Assembly: GCA_964016885.1 (NCBI GenBank)
Contig: OZ024745.1
Coordinates: forward strand, 80,042,001 to 80,106,000
Origin: Eledone cirrhosa
Lineage: Eukaryota
Length of the DNA stretch: 64,000 bases
Direction of reading: 5' to 3'
Both the position numbers and the translations under genes were made by a program. The notes beneath the pieces are model-generated. The model was not told the origin of the DNA. It did no database searches and worked only from the letters and a program-made list of their open reading frames with translations. Positions 14,479 to 27,386 of the stretch are shown here, one piece after another; within the stretch, counting starts at the first letter, position 1, and every line of letters starts with the position of its first letter.

Positions 14479-14598
14479 AACAAAAGATGGTTAAAAGAGT
14501 TCCATGTATTTTATTATGCGCATTTCAAAAACAAATATTGTTTTTGAAATGCGTATAATAAAATACATGGAACTCTTTTAACCATCTTTTGTTCTTAT
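14474..14598. repeat. Near-perfect palindrome with about 60-bp arms
   Basis: AAGAACAAAAGATGG..AAAAACAA ata TTGTTTTT..CCATCTTTTGTTCTT with one mismatch. Confidence 0.95.
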
Positions 14599-14706
14599 AT
14601 ATTATATATACTCCAGTCCTACAAACTGTAGAGTGCTTCTTATCCGATATCTGCATTGCTTTATTGTACTACAATAAAACTCACCTCCTACATATATATA
14701 TATATA

Positions 14707-16174
<1,468 letters not shown>

Positions 16175-16941
16175 ATAATAATAAATTTGGGAACTAAAAT
16201 CCAAAGAGGGCTCGAAAAGGATAAATATATATCAAATATATAAGAACCGTACAGCAAATATTTATTAAAATAACAGATTAAAGTTTAAGCAAAGAATCGC
16301 TGCTTTCACCCTTAACGGGATCTTCTGAAACTAACAAAGTCAATCTGTGAACGCAGAAGTGAATATTTCAAAAAACGTTGCAACCGGAGGAAGACAGGAA
16401 GACGATACTTTGGTTCGTGGAAACGTTCCCTGGCAAAGAACGGGAAAAAACGAATATAATACGTCATTATTTGAACAGTGAAAAACAATTACACGCAAAG
16501 ACAAAACCACGTTTATGGTATAAAAGAAGTCGTAGACTAATATTCTATTAGGTGGTTCATAGAGACGTTCTCTGGCAATGAACGGAGAAAACGAAGATAA
16601 TACGTCATATGTGGACGGGGTGAACAATTGCACGCAAAGACAAAACCACGTAAATGGTATAACTAAAGTTGTAGACTAAAATTCTGACTAGGAAACCGAA
16701 TGATTCTCGGCTTCAGAGTTAAGAATAAAGTAAATAAAATACAGAGGTAATTGAAATTAAATAAATACATACACGCATCCATATACGTACATACACAAGC
16801 ATACGCGAAAATACTCGCCATAGGTATACAAATACACGCACGTACGCACACCAATAAAAAAAACAAAAAAAACCCGCACGCACATACAGAACCCACCAAC
16901 GCCTGTACCCGCACGCATACGGATGTATACACCAAATACAC

Positions 16942-17061
<120 letters not shown>

Positions 17062-17552
17062 CATATAATTAAATAAACGTATATAAATAAATACGTATAT
17101 AACAAGCGCACACACATACCTACATGTAAATACACATATGTTCGGAGACGAACGTCAACCAAAACACAAAATACACATATACACACACCCTACATACGTA
17201 CGAACTCGCATACTCACACAGACGCAAAACTCACGTATATACATAACCAAAAGCATATGTACCAGAATATATAATATATACGCCATAACATATACAATCA
17301 AATATACGTACGAAAAAGTATACGTACCTTCACAAAACATACAGGTAATATATACTTACCTATACAAATAAGTAATGATATAAACATAACATATACTTAG
17401 CTACCACATCAAGACGTAAAATATCCGCGTATAGTTCGTACTATCCGTTAAGGTATAATGTGGGGCTGTAATACAGGAAAGTTTTGTGCAATTTATGTTT
17501 ACAAGCCGAAATTGCCTCCATCGGTTGAGCACTCTATTGACTTATATTCATC

Positions 17553-19676
17553 ATGCAGAAACAACATCTGAATATTTCTACAAGGAACATAGCCGTACCA
17601 AGCAGGAAAACATACCTAAAACTCCTGATACAGAAAACAGACGCGTTAATTAAAAGGTTGCGTTGGCGTGCCTTTTATTTCGATAATCAGGGAAAAGCAG
17701 ACAACAAACAGGATAAATTTGGGTTTAAAACCTATAATAACCCTCCGAGTAACCCAGCATTGCTACCCTTCGAAAATGATGTCTTGGAACTCATACGGAG
17801 TATCAAATTTCGGAATAGGAGCAATTCCTTCCAGCAAGACCTGAAGAATAGAATTTGTTTTATTAAGGATTCTAATGCCGTGCACGTCCATTCCGACAAA
17901 ACTGGCAATCTATCTCAAGTGGGGCGCAGTACCTACCATCAACTGCTACATAATGCTGTAACTAAGGATTACCGTAAAACTAATCGGAGCGTCATTAATG
18001 AAATCAATGATGCTGGGTTTAAAATCACCTCTGATCTCAACATCCTGAAACGGACTGAACCTCTGGACCCTATTTCTCCCCACTTTACCCTGAAGGATCA
18101 CAAATCCAATTTTCCGAACAACCCCGCTATTCGGCTTGTTAACCCTACGAAGTCCGATTTAGGTAGACTTAGTAAAAGGATTCTTGATAGAATTATAACT
18201 GAAATTAGAAGTTTGGCCCCTCTTGCACTGTGGAACAATTCTTTCGCGGTGATTGATTGGTTCAACGGCATATGCAACAAGGAACATTGCCGTTTTATCC
18301 AATTCGACATCAATAATTACTACTCCTCCATGACTTTACCACTTCTCCTTAGAGCTATCAATTTCGCTAAAACACTCACAGTGGTTAAGGATTTCGAAGT
18401 TGATGTCATCCTCAATGCCCGTAAGTCGGTGATTAATTTCGACGATTCTATTTGGATTAAAAAATCTAATAGTACCCCATTCGACGTGAGTATGGGCGCC
18501 AGCGATTCTGCGGAGGTTACTGATCTTATCGGCCTTTTCCTTCTTTTCTCTATCGAGGAAGAATTCCCCAACGTGGGCGGTGGTTTGTACCGTGATGATG
18601 GTCTTTTGACCATGACTAAGTGCGGCCCACGTACTTGCGACAGGTTCAGAAAAGAACTCACAGCCTTCTTTAAAGGCTTCAACCTCTCCATACAGGTTGA
18701 GGCCAACCTCTCGGTCGTTAATTACCTCGACGTTACCCTCAATTTATCGAATGGATTGCATTACCCGTATAGAAAGCCGAATGATACGCTTAATTACATA
18801 AGTAAGCATTCTAACCATCCTGCCAGCATAACCAAGAACCTGGTAAGAAACGTTTCTTTGAGGCTTTCCCGTCTATCTACTAACGAGCATATTTTCAACG
18901 ACCATTCCACATATTACAATGAAGCTCTTGCTCGGAGTGGAGTGTCGATAAGGTAGCATATACAGAGTACTAGAATCGACCTAGAAGGAATAGATCCCGA
19001 CGCATTATATGGTATAACCCACCATATAATATGGAGGTGGCCACACCATTAGCTAAGATCTTTCTCTCCCTTATGAAGCATTTTCCCCCTACACATAAAT
19101 ATAGTAAAATTCTTAATAGAAATACTATTAAAATATTTTACTCTACGACTCCTAACCTTGCACATAACATCACAGCTTCAAATTTAGCTAAACTACCTAG
19201 CCGTAGGAACACGTGCAACCCTGTAGTTAGTACTAACTGTAATTTTAGGAATCGGGTTGATTGCTCCCTATCCGGGAAATGCCTCTCTAGTAACATTGTC
19301 TACAAATGTAAGGTTGAAACACCCACGTCCCGTAGGGCCTACATAGATTCAAGCTAATAGATTCAAGCAGCGTCTTTACATGCATACCCATTCTTTTCGT
19401 TACCCTCTAAGAAGGAATATGACGTCACTTTCAGCTTATATCTGGAGTCTAAAAGACAACCACACCCAATATAAGTTACACTGGGAGATCCTAGCTAGGG
19501 CTAGATCGTATAACGGAAATAAAAGACCATGTGACCTCTGCGCCGCTGAGGCCCTGGAAATACTCTACGCCACAGACCGCATCTTAAACAAAAAATCTGA
19601 GGCAATTTCGGCTTGTAAACATAAATTGCACAAAACTTTCCTGTATTACAGCCCCACATTATACCCTAACGGATAG
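17553..19676 (+). pseudogene. Naiad-type PLE RT + GIY-YIG endonuclease ORF, disrupted
   Basis: N-terminal STRNIAVP..LIQK..IKRLRWRAF; DKT; FDINNYYSS; MGASDSAE; LYRDDGL; NYLDVTL; IIWYNPPY; NIVYKCKV..AYI; T.LSAYIWSLK; CDLCAAE. Frameshifts and a TAG near 18950-18975 and 19355. Confidence 0.9.
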
Positions 19677-20073
19677 TACGTTCTATACGCGGATATTTTA
19701 CGTCTTGATGTGGTAGCTAACTATATGTTATGTTTATACCATTACTTATTTGCATAGGTAAGTATATATTACCTGTATGTTTTGTGAAGGTACGTATACT
19801 TTCATGCACGTATATTTGATTGTATATGTTATGGCGTATATTTTATATATTCTGGTATTTTGGTTATGTGTATACGTGAGTTTTGCGTCTGTGTGAGTAT
19901 GCGGGTTCGTACGTATGTAGGGTGTGTGTATATGTGTATTTTGTGTTTTGGTTGACGTTCGTCTCCGAACATATGTGTATTTACATGTAGGTATGTGTGT
20001 GCGCTTGTTATATACGTATTTATTTATATACGTTTATTTAATTATATGTATACACGCACACAGACACACACAT

Positions 20074-20074
<1 letters not shown>

Positions 20075-20156
<82 letters not shown>

Positions 20157-23127
20157 TATTTCTTTATTAACCACAGGGGCACAAAAGAAGGGGACAAATA
20201 CAAAGGGGGAAGTTTACATACAATAAAAACGTGTAAAATGTTATCACAGATGGAATTTAAAAGTTAGTCGATTTTCCCCAATAGAGGGAGACAGTTTATA
20301 TGGGTAACACATACCCCCGAAAAAAATGTGCAACCCTCATCTTCAGGAGTACGAAGAGCTTGTACTCCTTTCCTCTCCTCCTCCTTTTCCTCAATCTACA
20401 GGCTGATATAGAGAGAAGGCCCATTCACTCGGGCCATTCTCGCCACTTTCACCCACCTTTCATAAAACTTGCTGGGGTACAGCACCTCTCTCTCCATCCT
20501 GATTCTTCTTCCAAAGTGGTATTTGAAAAAAAGAATCAGTTGTTGGCCGGAGAGAAAGGTGTCTGACCTCAGCCCTTTCAACCTTGTCCACCATACAACC
20601 TCTTTCGCCATAGCTATCACACAAAGGAAAACCGCCTCTCCTTCGTTTTTGAAGGAGGGTGGCGGTTTGATCATGACAATGGACTCGGTGGTCAACTGGA
20701 TTGGTCCCACCCGCGACAATAGTCGTTCTACATATCCCCACAGGTCAGTGACGCCCGGGCAGTGTATGAATGCGTGCGCGACGGTTTCTTCGTCTCGCAC
20801 GCACCTCGGACAGATCTTTTTTGCAGGGTCCCTGCCCGGGCGCCCATGTCTGTAGAGCTTGTCTCGAACTGGTAGAGCTCCTCGGTAGCACTGCCAGGCC
20901 AGGGACTTTTGGAAGTTGTCCATCGGTCCCGGGCGGAAGGTCCTACCGAACAGACTGGCCAGTTCATCTTCCTCCACGCCTAGAGTTTCACCGAGCGCGT
21001 CGTCGCACTTGCTGCGGACCAACCCTCTATAGAATGACGAAGTGGAGTCTCCACTGATCGCCGGGTCCGCCTGCCAGAAGGCTGTGAGCGCCTGAGCACA
21101 TTCGATGTGCCAGTCGCCCATTTTCCTCGGTCTCTGCTTGACCCAGGACTGCAGCTCGGTCAGTGAGACGAGTCGTGGGAAGGCTCTCCTCGCGAACGGG
21201 GCCCACACCGGTTGTCCGGTGAGGAATATGTAGAGATGCCGCAGCCTGAGCGCGTGTTTGCGCATCGTCAACCACGGCATCCCCAGCCCTCCGTTAGAAG
21301 GGTGTTGGCAGCAGATGGATCTTCTTACCAAAGGAGCCCGCCTCTTCCAAAGGAATCGGAAGAGGGCGCGCTCCATTTTGGCGAGCGTTTTGGCTGGACA
21401 AGGCACGACGGTCAAGCGGTAGTAGATGGCGGACGCTATAAAAGTGTTCGCCACCTCCGCTCGACCTTTCAAGGATAGTTTGCACTCGGCCCACTTCTGG
21501 GTGAGTGCAAACACCTTGGCCGTCACTTCGTTCCAGTTCTTCTCCACCTGGAGGTCCGGACCAAACCAGACCCCGAGCAGCTTTACCGGTCCTTCCGTCC
21601 AGCGTCCGACGACGCCATCGGAAGGCATCGGTCTGCCTCTCCACGATCCGAGTTGCAAACCGATGGACTTGTCCCGGTTCACCTTCGCTCCTGTGAGACT
21701 TTCGTATTCCTTTAGTAAGGTGCCGACTTTCTCGATTTGCGAGGCGCTCGACACCATTATTGTCACGTCGTCGGCGTAGGCCGACGCCGCTTTCCGCAGT
21801 CCCGGTTCCAGAGGGATGCCCTGCAATAGCTCCAGCTTCCGCAGTAGTGGCTCGAGAGTCAGTACGTACAGAAGGGAGGAGAGAGGGCATCCCTGTCGAA
21901 TGGATCGCGTAATATGGAACGGCTCCGAGAGGTAACCGTTCACCTTGACCCTTGAGCAGATGTTGCTGTTGTGCATTGCAGCAATCCAGCCCCTGAACAC
22001 GGGTCCGAAGCCTGCCGCCTCGAGCACCGCATCCAGGTAACGATGGTCAACCCTATCGAAAGCCTTAGACTGATCCAAGTTGATCAGGGCCCCACCGAAG
22101 CCGGGTTTACACCCTACCCTCTCTATGATGTATCGCATGAGGTGGAGGTTGTGGTGTATGGACCTGGTCGGGATCGCGCATGTCTGCGCTTCTCCCACCA
22201 GGTTCTCGACGACAAGCGCCAGCCTCTTTGCCAACACCTTGGCCAAAATCTGTAACTCTGTGTTTAGCAGAGTTATGGGCCGGAAGTTGCCTATGTCATC
22301 CCCCTTATTCTCGTCCTTCCTGATTAGTGTGACCACGCCCCCGGTTACAGAACTGGGAATTCTCCCGTTCTGTTGCCAGTTGCAGTAGACCGCTTCCAGG
22401 AGACCGGAGAATAAGTCCGGCATTGCTACGTAAAATTCGTAGGGTAGGCCGTCGAGACCTGGAGATTTGCGTTTGCCGCATTGGCTCAGCGCGTCCCCTA
22501 TCTCAGTGGCTGAAATCGGCTTTTCGCAGAACTTCGCCTCGCTGTCCGAGAGTCGCGGTAGGCCGTCGAGGTATGGACCGAAATCCATAGCCTCTCCCGG
22601 CGCGCCGCTCCCCCCGAACAGCCGAGCAAAGTGCCGCTGAAAAGCCGCACACATCTGCTTCGGCTCACGTATCACGCGTCCGTTTTGGTCCTTCAAAGAC
22701 CGAATCGTGGACTTGTTGCCACTTTTTGCCTCCGTCACTCGAGCCCAGCTAACAGCTTTGGCTCCCTCGTTTCCCAGAGCATGTATTTTGCTTCTGACAA
22801 CGCAGCCCTCGTGCTTTGCGTCGAAGAACTGGTCCAAGGCCGTTCTCGTTGCTAGCACGCTGGCTACGTTGCCACTTCTAATTGCCTCTTCTACTTTATC
22901 TACCAGTTCCTTCTCGGTTCTATTTCTATCTAACGCTAATTCTTTACTAAAAACTATCGAGTCTAATCTAACTGCCCTCTTGAGAGAGTACCACCATCTG
23001 TTGTTGACAATGGCCCCTGTCAAGTGCTGTTTAACTAAAGTGCTAATCCGTCTACTGTAGGCTTTGCTTGTCGGTAACGACAAGTTCAGCTTCCAGTAGC
23101 CGGGTCCTTGTCTATGGGTTCTATCAA
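20075..23127 (-). mobile_element. 5'-truncated Tx1-group (L1 clade) LINE with (TATC)n tail
   Basis: Starts at the end of the endonuclease (GPGYWKLN); 3' UTR with AATAAA followed by about 20 TATC units. Confidence 0.9.
20396..23083 (-). CDS. Tx1-type ORF2: reverse transcriptase plus C-terminal CCHC knuckle (uninterrupted but N-truncated)
   Basis: KSPGLDGLPYEFY, NFRPITLLN, LDQSKAFDRVDH, IRQGCPLS, YADDV, CPRC..ETVAHAFIHC; 895 codons with no stop. Confidence 0.9.
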   Translation of the reverse strand: MSLPTSKAYSRRISTLVKQHLTGAIVNNRWWYSLKRAVRLDSIVFSKELALDRNRTEKELVDKVEEAIRSGNVASVLATRTALDQFFDAKHEGCVVRSKIHALGNEGAKAVSWARVTEAKSGNKSTIRSLKDQNGRVIREPKQMCAAFQRHFARLFGGSGAPGEAMDFGPYLDGLPRLSDSEAKFCEKPISATEIGDALSQCGKRKSPGLDGLPYEFYVAMPDLFSGLLEAVYCNWQQNGRIPSSVTGGVVTLIRKDENKGDDIGNFRPITLLNTELQILAKVLAKRLALVVENLVGEAQTCAIPTRSIHHNLHLMRYIIERVGCKPGFGGALINLDQSKAFDRVDHRYLDAVLEAAGFGPVFRGWIAAMHNSNICSRVKVNGYLSEPFHITRSIRQGCPLSSLLYVLTLEPLLRKLELLQGIPLEPGLRKAASAYADDVTIMVSSASQIEKVGTLLKEYESLTGAKVNRDKSIGLQLGSWRGRPMPSDGVVGRWTEGPVKLLGVWFGPDLQVEKNWNEVTAKVFALTQKWAECKLSLKGRAEVANTFIASAIYYRLTVVPCPAKTLAKMERALFRFLWKRRAPLVRRSICCQHPSNGGLGMPWLTMRKHALRLRHLYIFLTGQPVWAPFARRAFPRLVSLTELQSWVKQRPRKMGDWHIECAQALTAFWQADPAISGDSTSSFYRGLVRSKCDDALGETLGVEEDELASLFGRTFRPGPMDNFQKSLAWQCYRGALPVRDKLYRHGRPGRDPAKKICPRCVRDEETVAHAFIHCPGVTDLWGYVERLLSRVGPIQLTTESIVMIKPPPSFKNEGEAVFLCVIAMAKEVVWWTRLKGLRSDTFLSGQQLILFFKYHFGRRIRMEREVLYPSKFYERWVKVARMARVNGPSLYISL

Positions 23128-23400
23128 GATAGATAGATAGATAGATAGATAGATTTCTTTATTAGCCACAAGGGCGCAACAAGAAAGGGGACAATACAAA
23201 GACATGCCGGGGATTTTACATACAGTCGTGTAAAAAAATATAAAAACAAACAATTTCAACAATCGAAATCCCCAATAGGGGGAGGCGCCACAAATGGGTT
23301 GTTTAATACCCCGTCGATAGAACAACCCTCAACTCAAGGAGCGTGTTGTGCAAGTGCTCCTTTCTTCCTTTTGCTCTCTTCCTCAACCTACAGGCTTATA
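23128..23400 (-). mobile_element. Very short 3' fragment of a second Tx1 subfamily with (TATC)n tail
   Basis: Reverse complement matches 25483-25730; ends AATAAAGAAATCTATCTATC... Confidence 0.85.
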
Positions 23401-24180
23401 TAGATAGATAGATAGATATTTTTTTATATATATATATTATATGTATTTGGTGTATACATCCGTATGCGTGCGGGTTTTTTTGTTTTTTTTGTGTGTACGT
23501 TCGTGTATTTGTATACCTATGGCGAGTATTTTCTCGTATGCTTGTGTATGTACGTATATGGATGCGTGTATGTATTTATTTAATTTCAATTACCTTTGTA
23601 TTTTATTTACTTTATTCTTAACTCTGAAGCCGAGAATCATTTGGTTTCCTAATTAGAATTTTAGTCTACGACTTTAGTTATACCATTTACGTGGTTTTGT
23701 CTTTGCGTGCAATTGTTCACCCCGTCCACATATGACGTATTATTTTCGTTTTCTCCGTTCATTGCCAAGAACGTCTCTATGAACCACCTAATAGAATATT
23801 AGTCTACGACTTCTTTTATACCATAAACGTGGTTTTGTCTTTGCGTGTAATTGTTTTTCACTGTTCCAAATAATTGTTTCTACTTTTGGCACAAGGCCAG
23901 CGATTATCCCAGTGTATTACTGGTACTTTATTTTATTGACCCCGTAAGGATGAAAGGCAAAGTTAACCTCGGCGGGATTTGAACTCAGTCTGTAAAGGGA
24001 CGTAACTGTGCTGCAAAGCATGGCGTCCGACACTCTACCAATATTGCCAATCCAAAATAATGACGTATTATTTTCGTTTTTTCCCGTTCTTTGCCAGGGA
24101 ACGTTTCCACAAACCAAAGTATCGTCTTCCTGTCTTCCTCCGGTTGCAACGTTTTTTTGAAATATTCACTTCTGCGTTCA

Positions 24181-24254
24181 CAGATTGACTTTGTTAGTTT
24201 CAGAAGATCCCGTTAAGGGTGAAAGCAGCGATTCTTTGCTTAAACTTTAATCTG
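24181..24254 (+). ncRNA. Variant hammerhead-like motif (CAGAAGA core) at the 3' end of the Naiad pLTR; further copies at 839-912(+), 10688-10762(+), 12620-12693(-), 12845-12910(-), 16274-16348(-)
   Basis: AGUUU-CAGAAGA-U CCC guuaa GGG U-GAA-AGCA..UGCU-U/AAACU, with distal pairing CAGAUUGA/UUAAUCUG. Confidence 0.6.
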
Positions 24255-24257
24255 TTA

Positions 24258-24315
<58 letters not shown>

Positions 24316-24638
24316 TTTAGTGGATACAGCACGTGTTACTGGCCAGTCGGTGATTTGAATTTGATGCGTAAACACAGATCGCTGGACCTCTTCCTTGTTG
24401 AAAATCCGTGACCTGGCTACTGTCGTTTACCAATCGATTAATTGGTGAAATATATTTCTTTAATGGAATATATACGAGGAAGATTAATCAAATTATAAGG
24501 TATCTATTTTTGAAGTTCTAGTTAAACTTTATTTAGTTACCTACCTAGCTATGTGTGCCTACACACTTTTACAAATTATCCCCTGTGATTGTTTCATATG
24601 TTTAATTATATGTCAATCAATTTCTAGTTGATATATAT

Positions 24639-26811
24639 GGCACTACAACGGAATTGGCTGTCAGAAGTGAAAGTAGAAGAAAGTGACGTCATTCGTCAAC
24701 CTTCATTTATTTCCGTATCACCACGCGTTTATTAGAAAACAAATGAAGTTGATGGGGCCGACACTACCGACTATCTGGGTGAAGAAAAGACCGAAAACGA
24801 TGGGCGCCTGGCACATTGAATGCGCTCAGGCGCTCACAGTCCTCTGGTAAGCGGGCGCAGCAATCTGTGGAGACTTCACTTCGACATTCTATAGAGGGAT
24901 TGTACGTTATAAGGGCGACGACGTGCTCGGAGAGACTCTGGGCGTCGAAGACGATGAGCTCACCAGTCTGTTTGGTAGGACTTTCCGCCCGGGACCTATG
25001 GACAACTTCCAGAGGTCCCTGGCCTGGCAGTGCTACCGAGGAGCTCTACCGGTTCGTGACAAGATCTACAGGCAGGGATCCTTCCAAGAGGACGTGTCCA
25101 AGATGCGCGCAGGACATTGAAACAGTCCTGCACGCAATTGTACACTGCCCGGGCGTAACCGACCTGTGGAACTATGCAGAACAATTGCTGTCGCGTATGG
25201 GACGAGTCCATAGTAAGGATCAAACCGCCAGCCTCTTTCAAAAACGAAAGAGAGGCGGTTTTCCTCTGTACGGTGGCTATGGTGAAAGAAGTTATATGGT
25301 TGACGAGGTTGAGAGGACTGAGGACAGATGCCTTTCTCTCCGGACAACAATTGATTCCCTTCTTTAAGTATCACTTTAGAAGGAGAATCAGGGTGGAGAG
25401 AGAGGCACTGCACCCCAGTAAATTTACTGAAAGGTGGGTGAATGAAGCTAAAATGGCCCGAGTGATTGGGCCTTCTCTGTTTATAAGCCTGTAGGTTGAG
25501 GAAGAGAGCAAAAGGAAGAAAGGAGCATTTGCACAACACGCTCATGGAGTTGAGGGTTGTTCTATCGACGGGTATTAAACAACCCATTCGTGGCGCCTCC
25601 CCCCTATTGGGGATTTCGATTGTTGTAATTGTTTGTTTTTATATTTTTTACACGACTGTATGTAAAATCCCCGGCATGTCTTTGTATTGTCCCCCTTTTC
25701 TTGTGCGCCTTTGTGGCTAATAAAGAAATATATCTTTTAAAAAAAAACAATTTAACGCGGGTAACTACAAGATAACCTTGTTTTGTAATACTGGCAGAAA
25801 TTGAAATATTTAAAAATCTCTATATAATTTCCTTTTTAGCACGTCCGAAGCAGTAACGCTTCGAATATTTCATTAAATATTAACCAGTTACTCCCGTTTT
25901 CGTTCTTTCTTTAATGTGGTAGAGGGTATAAGATTTGCCTGCTATTTCTAGCAACTTCAATGACCACATAATTGGTTTGTAATTTTGTTTTAAAGTGTAA
26001 GGGTTTACACAGCCATTTATGAATTTCTAAGAGATACGTTTACGATGAGATACACTTATTAAAAATACTTTCATTGCATAGTTCCGTTCGTAAAGGCTTT
26101 AATTTACTGTATAACTCGGGAACCTTTTAATAATATACAGGGTTAAGAAAATAAATTCAACATCCGTAGTTTAATAATTATAACAGCTTCTCGTATGTCC
26201 AATGGGTACCAAATAACCACGTACTTTTCCAGAGTTATGGTACAATTAAAATAAAACGATAATATACAATCTTATTTAACATGTGCATTAAAAACTAGAC
26301 TAGCTGTTACAATTGTAATTAACGTGTAAGCAAAAGCTTAGATGGAAATATCGCGATAATTAAATCCATTTACGCTGGGGAAAAATGTAGAATTCATATT
26401 TTTCAAGTTGCAAATACGTGTATTATCCCAAAGTGAAAAACCAAGTTTTGCATCAACGTGGTGATTTCAAAGTTTATTTATTTACACGTGGTGGTGGTGG
26501 GGATTGTGTGAGAGTCTGCATTGGTGGTGTTAGCGTAATCGATTTGTTTTCAAATGTACTCACTTTACTGTATCCATGCTTTTGAAACATTATTGAAATA
26601 TATAAATATATTTTCATTTGAAAACAAATCGATTACGCTAACTTGTTTTCTAATTTGATATACAGAGCGAAATAAATATATTTTCATCGATTACTACGCT
26701 AACGTAAATAAACATAAGTAAACGCGTGGTGATATGGAAATAAACAAAGGTTGACGAATGACGTCAAATTCTTCTACTTTCACTTCTGACAGCCAATTCC
26801 GTTGTAGTGCC
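24639..26811. mobile_element. Non-autonomous DNA transposon (MITE-like) with about 93-bp terminal inverted repeats; superfamily unassigned
   Basis: GGCACTACAACGGAATTGGCTGTCAGAAGTGAAAGTAGAAGAA.. at 24639 is inverted at 26720-26811; TA-rich flanks. Confidence 0.75.
24775..25735 (+). mobile_element. 5'-truncated, frameshifted Tx1 LINE inserted in a MITE
   Basis: Peptides LGETLGVEDDEL..MDNFQRSLAWQCYRGALPVRDK and CPRC..ETVLHAIVHC are homologous to the C-terminus of the 20396-23083 ORF. Confidence 0.88.
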
Positions 26812-26822
26812 TTATATATATA

Positions 26823-27386
26823 TAATAAAGTATATATCTCTACACGCAAAAAGCGTCCAGGGACACATGTATTGTCCAACCATATGCCAATGTGGTTCAA
26901 TGGCAGGTTAATAAATTAACGAGCCAGAATATATATAATCAAGGTTTAGCAAATAGGAAAAAGTTTCAAAATAAATTTCAAAAAATTCACTGTACTCACT
27001 ATGGTTACCTTTACCGAATCGGTTTCGAGTCTCAAAAATAAATGGACAGTCCTTGCGGCCTTCCATTGAAAAGATGAACTCTCGTCAGAAGGTTCAAAAT
27101 TGTTCCCGAGATGAGAATGAATGATGTGGAAGCAATTCTGTCCAGTGCCGTGTGTAAAGATAGAAGCAGAGGCAGGGAGGTCAGTCTACTACCACTATAA
27201 ATAGCAGCAGTCACAACGACCAAATTTTATCTCGACCAAGAGGAGTATAATAATAATAAAGTATATATCCCTACACGCAAAAAGCGTCCAGGTACACATG
27301 TATTGTCCAACCATATGCCAATGTGGTTCAATAGCAGGTTAATAAATTAACGAGCCAGAACATATATAATCAAGGTTTAGCAAATA
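26823..27386 (-). repeat. Partial tandem (431-bp period, 133-bp direct repeats) enclosing a hammerhead
   Basis: 26823-26955 matches 27254-27386 with few mismatches. Confidence 0.9.
27007..27093 (-). ncRNA. Type I hammerhead ribozyme, canonical core
   Basis: Minus strand reads ACCUU-CUGACGA-GAG..long stem II..CUC-GAA-ACCG auu CGGU-A/AAGGU; stems I and III pair perfectly; GUA cleavage triplet. Confidence 0.85.
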
